Shown: positions 11,621 through 23,684 of the stretch, piece by piece
Layout: every line of letters begins with the position of its first letter
How positions within the stretch are numbered: the first letter of the stretch is position 1
NCBI RefSeq assembly: GCF_006345805.1
Contig: NC_042997.1
Location: 103,974,001 to 104,038,000, forward strand
Origin: Octopus sinensis
Taxonomy: Eukaryota
Direction: 5' to 3'
Length of the DNA stretch: 64,000 nt
Position numbers and translations under genes: made by a program
The notes under the pieces: generated by a model
What the model saw: only the letters and a program-made list of their open reading frames with translations
Told to the model about the DNA's origin: nothing
The model's database searches: none

Positions 11621-13435
11621 TTCTTTAATATTAATTCCTTTTGATAGGATACAAGACAAACTTTTTTCTTAATAACTTGAATGAGTGCTGAAGGAAAATT
11701 ACAGTAACGGAGGTTCGAAAGAATTTTCTTTTACATTTCGGTCTACAGTTACATGTTATCAATATCCCACAAAAGATTAGTATATAATAGGGGCAGGGGT
11801 GACTGTGAAGGTACAGGCGGAGCTGTGTGGGTGCAGGTGTGACTGGAGTCGATTTGTTCGATTAAAACTCTTTAAGGCAGTGCTCCTGTAAGGCTGCAGT
11901 CAAATGGCCAAAACAGGTAAAAGAAAAGAATAATAGAATAATTACCTAAAAATGTAAAATGATAAAATAATAGATTTAAGAACTAAAAAATGAGATAAAT
12001 AAAATAATTTGCTATTTAAATGCTTAAATTTCTGTTTAGTTTTATTGCGACAATTTACCTATATATTTTTTAAAAAATGGGGTGATGGAGACTGGAACGC
12101 CTTGAATCCAAAGTTTGCTCAATCAGCAAATACTTCGAAATGAACAACACTATCTCATACTCCACTTGCTGACATTTTAGAATGTTGTAGTTTTGGAAAT
12201 CGCTCATCGAAATCTATTTCATTCCTTTGCATTTTCTTATTTCTTTACTTTCGTACACTTTGCCTCATATTCTCACTCTTTCGTTTTTTTCGACACACTT
12301 TCTTTTGTCTATATGTTTATTTGTTCTTTCAGTGCTTGTTTTCCTGCCTTGTCTATTCTACTTTTTTCAGCTTTGCTTCCTCTATAACTTGCCTTTTTAC
12401 TCTCTCGTTCTTTTTTATCTTTTTATTTGGTGTTCCATTTTTTAAATTCGTTCTTCATATTTTTGTTTCTTATATATTTCCTTTTTTCCGCTAATTCCTT
12501 CTGCCCTTTTTTTTACTATGTTCATATCTTTTTGATATTTTTTGGAGTTGAGCTTTGTTTTATTTGTTATATACCCTACCGCCCTAAAGTGTTACTAACA
12601 CATTAAGATAATAAGAGGCATCCGAAGAATGAATAGCTTTCAGCGAGGGCTTAAATTCTAATTAAGGTTGTCCTAAAAGAGAACAGCGAGGGTTAAGTCT
12701 TGACATGTAGAATATGTTGGGAGGAGATGGTGAAGATATGGTCAGGATGGAGACAAAGGGGAAAAAATGGGATGAAAAGCCTAAAAGAAGAGAATAAAGC
12801 CATAAGCTTTGCATGATAAAAGAAAATATTTCTGTTAGAACATGTGACACGGAACTGATTAAAGATTATTTCTGCTAGCAACAAGACAAAGAAAACATAA
12901 AACAAAACAAAACAAAAATAAGAAAAGCAGTAAAAACAAAAATGCTAACATCATTAACAGTAAAGAACATCTATAAGAGCAATGACAATTATGAAGATAA
13001 ACAAACATGATCCCTGACTTAGAGGTCTCTCATTTAAACCCAGTAGTCGGGAGCACGTTTCGGTTAATCCGGTGAGATAACAAATTTCTATTAACTAACT
13101 GGAGAAGGCTGCTTTTTGTACGAGAAAGCGAAACCTACAGTCTTAAATTGTCTAGATCTTTCTTCGATGCTTCCGTATCTCTTCTGAAATGTTGAAGGTT
13201 TAAAGTTGAAGACATTTGAAAAGTAAGTGAGAGACGAGGTAATTATATTTTAGATGCTTTAGAAATTTAGGGATAATTGTAATTAAAATATATTAGTTTA
13301 ACATATGTATATGTAGACTCATAAGAACAAACAAAGGATATTTTGCTACCTAAGTATGTAAACAAAATCAGATACATATATACATAGACATACATACATA
13401 CGTGTGTGTGGGTGTGAGTGTGTGTGTGTGTGTGT

Positions 13436-13506
<71 letters not shown>

Positions 13507-14088
13507 TGTGTGTGTGCGCGTGCGAGCGAGCGCGTTAAACATTAAAAATAATAATTTCCTAGTTTATGATTTTCAGATCTACCTAATTATTGAATAACAT
13601 AATTCCTGAAAGGCATTAATTAATTTCCCCTAGGTTTACTATTAATCTCACCATATCAGTTACACGGACTACACTGATAACCATTTTCGTACATAAACTA
13701 CTTTTTATGATTAAACATTATCAATAATAAAGCTACAAATATCGAAGATTCAAATATTGAGTTGAGAAAAAGTCGAAGGCCTTCTATGTAAAAGGGATTT
13801 TGAACCCAACATTTGCATGCTATCATTTGTAGCATTATGTCCTTCAAGATCCACAGCTACAAAATTGAATCATTTCACAATTGCTCGAAATTTTATAAAA
13901 TTTTATTAAGAAATATATTTAGCAAGATCAAACCTCAATTCATTTTAGTGTAAGATCGTAAAATTTTCTTTCAGAAATCGACAGAATATCGTTATAAACT
14001 ATTCAATAGAAAGTATACTTCACTTCATAATTTTCTTTTAAGGCCTAATTTGTATATCTTAAATATTTCTCATACCTGTGAGTATATA

Positions 14089-14302
14089 CAAGTGGTGCTG
14101 AAAAGTTCCCGACTTTAAGGGTATCACGAATGGCACGGCTGGAGGCCTAAATTTTCGAGTCATTTACTGGATTTCGAAAAACTGAAGGAGTGCTGCAATA
14201 AGTGAGTGAATCTGAGAGGGGTATATATTGAATAGAATCATAATTAACTGATCCTTCCTATTTTCTTTTATCCAAAGCCAGGAGCTTTATAGTACCCCCT
14301 AG
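14089..14302 (+). mobile_element. Mariner-derived MITE
   Basis: TIRs are CAAGTGGTGCTGAAAAGTTCC..CTTT and AAAGCCAGGAGCTTTATAGTACCCCCTAG, with TA flanks. It retains a mariner C-terminus remnant (GFEKLKECCNK.VNLRGVYIE*). A second copy lies at 62996-63205. Confidence 0.85.
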
Positions 14303-14377
14303 TAATTATGTATGTATGTATGTATGTATGTATGTATGTATGTATGTATGTATGTAGTATGTATGTATGTATTTATT

Positions 14378-14451
<74 letters not shown>

Positions 14452-15299
14452 GAACCTGAAAATGCAGGGGTCTTTTAAAAGTATTTATAAACTTAACCAG
14501 TTTCACTTATCTAAAAAAGAAGTGTGAGGCTTTCTGTATCCTCTGTGGTGTCAAAAATTAGTTTACATAAATGTATTCAAATCAAGTGATAGAGACTTTG
14601 ACAATGATAAGAAAAGTTTTGATGCTTTGTGTATCCTCTGTGATTAGTTAAAAAATAGTTTACATAAAAATATTTGGATCAGGTAATAAATTTTTTTTAA
14701 ATGTTAAGATGAAAATTAGATTACATAAATATATCCAAATCAAGTAATAGAGTTTTTGAGAAGAGGATAAAACATGTCTGGTTACTCAGTCAGTGGGTAC
14801 TAAAGTTTTAATCTCACTGTGATCAGAAACAGTAATTGTTTGTAGCATCTTGAATTGAAAAAAAAGGTTGAGCAGAGAAATAACAGACCATTGGGATCTG
14901 GTTCTTGGATCTGGTTTTTGCATCTGGTTGTAGGATATTGCATCTGGATGGAATTTAACAGCTACCTTTATTTTATACAGAAATGGTGGCTCAAAATTGC
15001 CCTCTTTGTAAAAAACAATGTGGTTGGCTGATGGCAGGCACGTAATCAAAAGATGGTCACTTTTTGAAAAAGGTGGCTTATAATTGCTTTCTCTCTAAAA
15101 AACAGTGTGGGTGGTTGATGGCAGTCACATGATCAAAAGGTGTTCACGATAGTTCTGATTCCAAATAGAAAGACTTGTTTGGTGAGCTGGTTCTCTAATC
15201 GTTCCGTAGTCTTGGCTGTTGTTTTGGGGTTTATATGTATGACTCATAAGTAAAGAATAGTGTGCATTTCCATGTAAGTGTATGTATGTATGTATGTAT

Positions 15300-15905
15300 G
15301 TATGTATGTGTGCGCGTGTGTGTATGTGTATGTATGTATGTATGTATGCATGTGTGTGTGTGTTCTAATTGTCCGGGTGGTGTGTGCATGTGTGTAAGTG
15401 TGTATGCGTGTGTATCTGTATGTCATATTAGTCAGGGCGCTATGTGCGTCCGTATGTGTGTGTTACGTTTTTCAGGGTGGTGTGCATGTGAGCACGTATG
15501 TATGCATGTATGTGCGCGTATGTATGCATGTGTATTTGCGTGTAAGCGTATGTGTGTATGTATGTTTGTGTTTTTCTTGTCAGGACTGTATGTGCGTGCA
15601 CGTAGGCATATGTGTGTGTGTGTTATAATTGTCTGGGCGGCATCTGTATATGTATAAGTATGTATGCATGTGTATGCTATATTTGTCAGGGCACTGTATG
15701 TGTGTGTCCGTGTGTGTGCATGGGTATGTGTGTGTTCGTGTGTGTGCATGGGTATGTGTGTGTGTTACGCTTGTCAGGGTTGTGTACATGTGTGTGTGTA
15801 TGCGTGCATGTGCACGTGTGTGTCCATGTGTATGTGTGTGTATTGTGTTTGTTAGGGCGGTGTGTGCGTGTGTATGTGTGTGTTTTATTTAGGAATGTGT
15901 GTGTT
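15300..15905. repeat. GT-rich minisatellite with recurring TTGTCAGGG-like cores
   Basis: About 9 cores (TTGTCCGGG, TAGTCAGGG, TTTTCAGGG, TTGTCAGGA, TTGTCTGGG, TTGTCAGGG x2, TTGTTAGGG) are separated by (TG)/(TATG) runs. Confidence 0.75.
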
Positions 15906-15959
15906 TTTTCCTGAGTAATGGAAATATTGAATTTGTGTGTATGCGTGTGCATGTGTATG

Positions 15960-16945
15960 TAATTGACGGTATTTGGCTTGTGGTGGGTAATTTTTATTTG
16001 GTGAGTAATTTTTCTAAGGATATGGGTTGTCTCTTGCATTTTATTATTTTATGGGTTTCGAGTGCTTTTTTAAATCGTGGGTCTTAACTCAGAAGTGGGA
16101 TATTCTTGTGTATAATGGTGAAGCTTCTGCATTTCCTGCATTTTATGTTGAGAGATATGGAAGACTATTTAGCGTACCTTGAGCGTGTTTCCGTTTTCGT
16201 AAGTCTTGGATGTCGACTGCCTTAGCCCGTTTTATTTCATTATCAAATAATAACGGTGGGTACTGTCTTTCGAGTAGAATTTCCTTCAGTTCTTGGAGTT
16301 TTTTGTTCCGTGTTTCATAATTTGAAACAATTGTATGAATTATCCTCGCTAGATTAAAAAGACTGTTTATCTTCGTGTGCTCCAGGTGGTTGGAGGTGAA
16401 TAGATGTTGTTTGGAATCAGTCGGTTTGTAGTGGACATCACTTTCAATGCTTGTCTTTTTTATGATTAAGATGTCTAGAAGTAGGAGTTGGTCTTGACTA
16501 TATTCCATTATGAATTGGATATGATTGTTGATGCTGTTAATTAGGTTTTTGAATTCAATGAGTTGGTCGAATGTGTGAGATAGAATGAGGCAGTCATCCA
16601 AGTAGCGCTTCTACTTCACTAACAGGTACTTGTAGAAATTCCAGCCGTATTTTAATTTGGGTTGTTCCTATATTTGGACTTCCAGATAGGCTATAACTAG
16701 CTTGGCGTAAGTGGGGAAACTTTTGTACCGATCACAGTCTCTGATACCTGTTTATAGGAGTTATGATTAAAGTTACAAAAGTTGATAAATTCTTTTTCTA
16801 TTATTTCCGGGACCTCGTTGGGGGTATTTTTCCAGAGGGTGGAATCTAATGTAGAGGTTTATCACATCGAAGCAGACGATGGAAATATCCTTGTTGGTGT
16901 GTTTGGGTAGGTGGTTTAGGAGATCCAGATCATCTTTTACAATAC
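15960..16945 (-). mobile_element. Penelope-like retroelement, disrupted reverse transcriptase fragment
   Basis: Minus strand reads VKDDLDLLNHLP..CFDVINLY..PTYAKLVIAYLE..RYLDDCLIL..LINSINNHIQFIMEYS..LLDILI..HYKPTDSKQH..NLARII..ELKEILLERQYP..KRQPISLEKLL. These are typical PLE RT, thumb and linker motifs (ORF 16143-16601). The fragment stops before the GIY-YIG domain. Confidence 0.92.
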
Positions 16946-16966
16946 ATAACCGTTTTCCGATAACCG

Positions 16967-17027
16967 GATAACTGAAGAGATGGTGGCGTGGATTTCCACC
17001 TCGGCATCCGAAACTCAGAGTTTTATC
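16967..17027 (+). ncRNA. Type I hammerhead ribozyme motif with intact catalytic core
   Basis: Reads GATAA-CTGAAGA-GATG..GTGG(ATTT)CCAC..CATC-C-GAAA-CTC(A)GAG-TT-TTATC. All core nucleotides are canonical, stem I has 5 bp, and the GUU cleavage triplet predicts a cut after 17022. Confidence 0.82.
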
Positions 17028-19034
17028 TTGGCTACCGAATAATTGTCACATATTACATTTACAGATATATATATATAACTCAGACCGTTCGAATGATTTA
17101 CAAGATATGCAAGTTTTTCTAAGATGTCATAAAGAATTTCAAATATTAATTCATGATAGTTATAAAAAAACATTTCCATTTGCTTATAACAATAGAGTGC
17201 GTTTATGTTTATCTAATACATAATAGATTCGTCATCAATTGCAACGGGTTTCACGTGATTTGATTCATATAAGATCTAATGGCCTATAATTTAATATTGA
17301 ACAACTGGAATATTTTGTCTTCAGTTAGGAATGTAAACGACGATACATTGGTATGGTTTGATTTTGTATCCAGTATCAAATAATTCTTTTCAGTGTTTTA
17401 GCCAAGATAAAAGTCAATGCCCTTGATGCGTTAAGAGTTGCGGGATGGAGAGAGGAATATATCTGCACTTCGGAAATCTGGCCGAAATGCTTTCAGCAGA
17501 ATGGTTTCTTCCGAAGGCCTGGTGATGATAAATCGGTCGACAGATTAAGTCCACCTCCCAAGGACGGCATGGCAAGAATTGAAATCAGAAACAAAGACTA
17601 ACTCACAGAATACAGTTTGCTTTCGTTCGGCCCTTTTTTTTTACCGACACCGAAAAGAGGAAAGGCAAAGACGAAGAAGGCGGTATTTGAACCCCAGTGT
17701 CTAGAGTCGGAACAAATACGCTTTATGATTCTGCTACTTCGCTTTTACCGATTCAGTGTTGCAAAGTAAATATGCAGTCACCACGTAGAAATGCCGGGGC
17801 TATTTTGAGCAGATAAGTCGAACACAGCTTGGTACCTATTTATATTTAGTTGAACTGAGACATTGAGACTTAAGTGCTTTGTTCTTTTTCACAGACATAC
17901 TGAGAAATAATAAGATAGCAATCTTTGGATCTTTTGGATATGTTGGTATCTAATGTATCGAGCCCGTCAGCTGTTTATCGAATTTTGTTTATTGAAACTG
18001 CATTCGTAATTATTTATGACTTTCTGTATTCAACAGGCGGAGCTTGAGATTGTCATGTATGATAGACGCAGACATGGATGTATGTTTGCTGCTTGCCTGT
18101 ATCTGCGTGTGTATCCTGTGTGTGTTTGCTTACGTTACTCTGTGTGTATGTGTGTGTGTGTACATAATTGTATATGTGGTTGAGTGTGGATTAAATAGAA
18201 ATAATTTACGTATTGTGATTCCACATTGGGACTACAATGACGGTTCAACGTAAATATCGTTTCAGATTTTAGAAATGATTTATTTCCCTTGAATAGGGTG
18301 TGTAGGAAGATAAGAGGTTTCTAAACCCTTTATCATCGCTGTTCACATAAGCCACCCATCGCGTTTAGGTTGACCTTTTTACGAAACGAAACCATTTTTT
18401 GCAAGACAATGAAACAATAAGATTAAAGTTACAGCTTGGTCAGTAATAATAGTAGTAGTACAGTAGTAAGAGTAGTAGTAGTAGGAAGAGGAGCAGTAGT
18501 AGTAGGAGTTATTGTTGTAGTAGTTGTTGCTGCGGTTGTTGTCCAGGTTTTTGATGAGAAAAACGGGGGGAAAAGCGGATATAATTAATCTTTACTGAAA
18601 GCAAGTGTAGTGGTTAACAAAGGTACCTAACTTCTCCACATTCATCTTGCTAAAACTCTAAGATATCCAAGTTGGAGTAAACAAGATAGTCATAAATTTG
18701 TACTTGAATAGAGTGAAGCAAAAGAATAAACAACTAAATGAATGACATCAACATCAACACGAAGCGAAGTTGCCCACATTTCTAAGAACGCCATTTTCTA
18801 GCAAGAAGGGCAATAACGACGTCTCTGTTGTGTTATGATTGGGTATTATATATCCATATACATATATGTATGTATATATAGATGTATGTCTGTGTGTGCA
18901 TTTATGCCTGTGCGTGTGTGTGAAAGAGTATCTGTGAGTATGTGTCTATTTTTTCTGATACTATGTATGTGTGCACGTGAGTGTGTGTATATGTGTGTGC
19001 GTGTGTGTGCGAGAGAGAGAGAGAGAGAGAGAGG

Positions 19035-19095
<61 letters not shown>

Positions 19096-19392
19096 CGTGT
19101 GTCTATGTTTCTCTGTAGTGCCAACATCTGGTTAGTATACTCTCATAAGGACTGATAATATCTCGGATATTTTAGTATCTTTATAAGAGGCAGTTGTTGG
19201 AATTTACGGCACCCTTGAATGTGACTGTATTATTTCACATACCTCTAGCAGCCAGCCTACTTAACTTGATGAAGTGTTCTTACATTCTAGGATGATTAGT
19301 ACAACATAGCTACAAACTTAGTAACAAGCACGCATACATATAAATACATGGAGGAAAAAAACCAAACACGCACACACATACACAGAGTTATA

Positions 19393-19489
<97 letters not shown>

Positions 19490-19501
19490 CACAGAGTTAT
19501 A

Positions 19502-19543
<42 letters not shown>

Positions 19544-19845
19544 ATATATATACATATATATACGAAAACAGATATTTCTACATCATATGCACTTGTAAAT
19601 ATAATGCAAAATAACATATCAAGATATACTATAATGTATAGAGATATTATATATATATATATATGTACAGGTGTTGTGTCAGCGCGCACAGACGCCGTAT
19701 TATTTAAAGAGTTTAATATAAATCTAATGCAGTTACACTTACATATTGTAACACCTATGCTGTGAACAGTTAAAGATAATTCAACCCATCTATTTTTCTC
19801 GCTCCTTCCCTTCTCTGTCTGTCTTTTTCTCATTCTCAGTATATA

Positions 19846-19957
<112 letters not shown>

Positions 19958-19996
19958 ATGTGTATATACACACAAACACACACACATATATATATA

Positions 19997-21110
19997 GGGA
20001 GGGAGAATTCATTAAAAAAAACAAAAGTCGAAGACAGGTGGTGTATGCAACAAACAGATGTATTAGTATAAGGCTCGGGAAGTGAAACAGTTTTTAACGT
20101 TTTGAGTTTATGTTCTTCCACAGAAAGGAACAAAGAAAGAAACAAGGAGAGAAAATAAAGAATGTGTAGTTGTTAGCGATCTATCATGGTGAATGCCGGA
20201 GAGAAGAGTCACACAGGAGGACTAGGAAGAAGGGGAGATAATAAAGTAGTGGTGATCCAAAAACGAAGGTGCGCGTGCGTGTGTATAAGAGAGCATGTAT
20301 GTGCGTGTGGAAGAGGGCTGATGACCTTGACGTGTACGTGTGTGTATGTGTAAGTGTGAAGATGTGGGGCTGGGAAGTGGTCAGTGCTAGTGTGTTCCTG
20401 GTGGTGTGATGTTGCGTGGTATGGTGGTGTATGGTATAGTGATGTGTGGTGTGGTGTGGTGTGGGGAGGTGGGGAGGTGAGAGTGAGGAAAGCAAGGGGA
20501 AGGGTGTTAGGCTGAGGGTGGGGGTAGAGGTGGGGGTATGTAGGTAGGCAGAGGGTGGGGATAAGGTGGTGTATGTGCGAGTGGGTGTAAGGTATTGGGT
20601 GGGGTGGGAGGGGAAGGATAAGGAAGGTGGGGTTGGAATGTGTAGGGGTGCGGTGGGGTTACGAGGGAGGGGTGACGATGAAGAGGAAGGAGAAGGTGGG
20701 TAGTAGTGAAGAGAAGAGAGAAGGAGAGTAGGAGTTAGGGGAAGAATTAGGTGTCGGAGCAAGAGAGGAGAGGTGGACGGGAGGAAGTAGGTGTGAGGGC
20801 AGAGGTGAGGGGAGGATGTTAGATGAACAGGGGAGGAGAGTTGAGCCCATGTAGTCAAAGGATCGAAGAGGGAAGATTAATCCCTGTGCAAAGACAATCC
20901 GAACACGGACAGGCGTTGCAAAGAGTGACCAGTAAAGCGGAAATGGCGCAAGAACGGGGTGTTATTGCCGAGTCAGATGTCTCGCAGATGTTCCGGGAAC
21001 CGGTTAGCCAAGCGGCGTCCCGTTTGCCCGATGTATAGAGAAGGGCAGAGAAAGCAGGAGATGCAATAGATGACATTGGTAGAAGTGCAGGTGAATGGGT
21101 CGGTGATATA
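19997..21110 (-). mobile_element. Penelope-like element 3' part: GIY-YIG endonuclease, C/A-rich tract and pLTR with decayed HHR
   Basis: Translation ITDPFTCTSTNVIYCISCFLCPSLYIGQTGRRLANRFPEHLRDI..HFRFTGHSLQRLSVFGL is a PLE GIY-YIG domain with CxxC. An HHR relic lies at 20092-20127, and the element ends at (TA)n. It is paralogous to 61810-62990. Confidence 0.92.
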
Positions 21111-21206
21111 TATATATATCCAGTAATCACTGACATGTACAATCTCTGAAATCTTGAGTGTATTCTCTCTTGCAATCAACGGGAGACTGGGTCAGATGGT
21201 TTAATG

Positions 21207-21707
21207 TAGGGGTTCCCAACCACCGGGTCGCAGATCATTTGCTACCGGGTTGCAAAGAAATAATCAACTTTTTAAAAATTATTTAATAGATAAATTGAAT
21301 ATTGGACTCTAATTTAAAAAGATTTGTTTAACTGCAGAGTCAATAACCGAAACAAAATTACGAAGTAGATTAGACATAAGAAAAACTCTTCGACTGTCAT
21401 ATTTTCCTATTACTCCAGTTGCAGGGAAACAAGCTCAGGGCTACCACTGATTCAACATTATGGTGAGTTGATATTGATATTGATGTGATTCAGGGAAACT
21501 AAGCACGCAAGTGTGTGACCAGGCTGGAGCCCAGACATGAGAATCAAAAGATTACACAGTTTGTCTTCCCTTTAATAAATTGCTCTTTTCATTATTGCTC
21601 ACTTTATCGAATTGCACTTAAATTACACGTATGTGCCACTACAGGTTCGCAGACAGATTGTCCGGCATGAAGCCGATCCGTGGTGTAAAAAAGGTTAGAG
21701 ACTACTG
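21207..21707 (+). mobile_element. hAT (Charlie/Buster) non-autonomous element with 8-bp TSD
   Basis: TIRs are TAGGGGTTCCCAACC and GGTTAGAGACTACTG. A perfect TSD GTTTAATG lies at 21199-21206 and 21708-21715. It retains a transposase C-terminus TETKLRSRLDIRKTLRLS..PITP-VAGKQAQGYH* (about 21331-21450). Confidence 0.92.
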
Positions 21708-21789
21708 GTTTAATGAATGTAGAAATACAAGTGACTGCTATTGATCCTGCTTGTATTAATGAAGAATAGACATTTGAACAGCCTTATAA

Positions 21790-22105
21790 CTAGCACTCCG
21801 CCGCTTACGACGACGAGGTTTCCAGTTAATCAGATCAACGGAACAGCCTGCTTGTGAAATTAATGTGCAAGTGACTGAGCGCTCCACAAACACGCATACC
21901 CTTAACGTAGTTCTGAGGGAGATTCAGCTTGACACAGATTGCGATAAGGATGGCCCTTTGAAATACAGGTACTGTTCATTTTCACCAGCTGAATGAACTG
22001 GAGAAACATGAGATAGAGTGTCTTGCTCGAGGACCACCGTGAATCGAACTCGCGACCTTGCGATCGTGAATCAAATACTCAAACCACTAAGCCACGCACC
22101 TTCAC
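21790..22105 (-). mobile_element. tRNA-derived CORE-type SINE, family C
   Basis: The minus-strand head has an A box (TGGCTTAGTGG) and a B box (GAGTTCGATTC), followed by CORE-like CCTCGAGCAAGACACT. It is homologous to 37685-38031, and a fragment lies at about 52715-52782. Confidence 0.85.
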
Positions 22106-22836
22106 CTTATTATCACGCATAAACGCATACACGATCGCGCGCGTATTTTTATATACAAAGTGAAAGAGTGAAAGAGAGAAAGAGAGCGAGGGAGAGAGTG
22201 AAATCTAATGACATAAAGTGCATACGGAGAAGTATTTGGTTTGTCGATAGTTTATACGTGTTACATACAAAAATACATTTAAATCTATAATTTATAATAT
22301 AGATATCATTCTACATTTCCCAAACATAGATATCAATTTCAACCAACAACCGTCTATGTTGTATTCCATCAACACTGGTGAACCGAATTCAAGTCTTTTA
22401 TCAGAAGACAATTTTGGTTTTCTATTTTTTTTTTCTACTTGAGATATTTTTTTCTGTTTTACTCTTCCGCTTTTCACATTGAATGGGTCTGTAAGTGATA
22501 CACACCGAAAGACCAAACACTATCTGTCTTGTCGACTTGAAGACAAGTTCTGGAGTGCGTCAACTCCGTTAGTCAAACATTAACTTCAGATTGTATGTCT
22601 GTATGTATGTGCGCGCGCATTTGTGTCTATGTTGATGTATTTGTGTGCGTGCATATTTGTATATATTTTCTATAACAAGATATATCAGCTAGTACTAAAT
22701 GGGTCACACGATTGTGATAGGGTCCTGCAAAGTTGATTCTGATTATCGCGAGCTGAAGAACTTTTCATCATGGTTTTACGATAGAAGTAACCGTCAATAA
22801 ACACAGGAATATTCATATATATGTGTGTGTGTATGC

Positions 22837-22904
<68 letters not shown>

Positions 22905-23004
22905 ACACAAACACGTACACAGCACACATATATAATACACCCAGACACATACACGCATATGTATGTATGCATCCGTGCATGTATGTATGCATGCATGCAT
23001 GTAT

Positions 23005-23310
23005 TTTGTGTTATAATGTGGATCCTGGTCCACTTGTATGTTATTGTATTCTTCTCGCTACTATTATCTTGTGGCAATATTCCGCATTTTATTATCTTTT
23101 ACTCGTTTATAGTGCTATCGCTGATAGCTCTGCAAAACAATGACATTGAAACGTCTACCTTGACGGTAACTCGAACTCGTGATTCCAACTGAGAACTCGT
23201 ACAACGACTCTACTACTACTTACTTCCTACAACGACTGACTGTCTGAAATTATAGTAGTCCTCATACCAGTTTTTCACATGGAAAGGAGAGTACCATTTT
23301 TACTACAACA
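23005..23310 (-). mobile_element. Candidate solo LTR
   Basis: A roughly 305-bp unique segment splits a TATG repeat. It ends in ...TACTACAACA, starts TTTGTGTTA (imperfect inverted end), is flanked by GTAT on both sides and has a minus-strand AATAAA near 23087. Confidence 0.35.
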
Positions 23311-23684
23311 GTATACATATTTATATTTGTGGGTGTATGTGAGTAATTAGGCTTCTCAAAACCAGAATAGATGAAGCTAATTCAAAGACTAAAATATCCT
23401 ATTGTTGATGTTGAAATTCCAATGAAGAAACCTTATCTAGGTTAGGAACCCTCTCTTTTTCTTTTGGCAAGAAATCTTGAAGTAAACTGAACAATGACAT
23501 ACATACATGCATGCATGTCTGCATACATACATACCTACATACACACATATACATACATACATACATACATATACATACATACATACATACATACATACAT
23601 ACATACATGCATACATATAGGACGTACTTGATACCGGGTTTAGACCCTGATATGTATGCGTGTGTCTGCGCGTGTCAATATGTA

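Noticed and set aside
15300-15905. CRISPR-like repeat/spacer appearance
   Set aside because: The cores are short and degenerate, the spacers are microsatellite, the context is eukaryotic and there are no cas genes.
20184-20858. 224-aa Pro/Thr/His-rich ORF
   Set aside because: It is a by-product of the C/A-rich 3' tract of the Penelope element, and the paralogous tract differs in length and sequence.
22035-22105. tRNA-like sequence with A and B boxes (also 37960-38031)
   Set aside because: It is the head of a multi-copy SINE and continues into the SINE body, so it is not a standalone tRNA gene.
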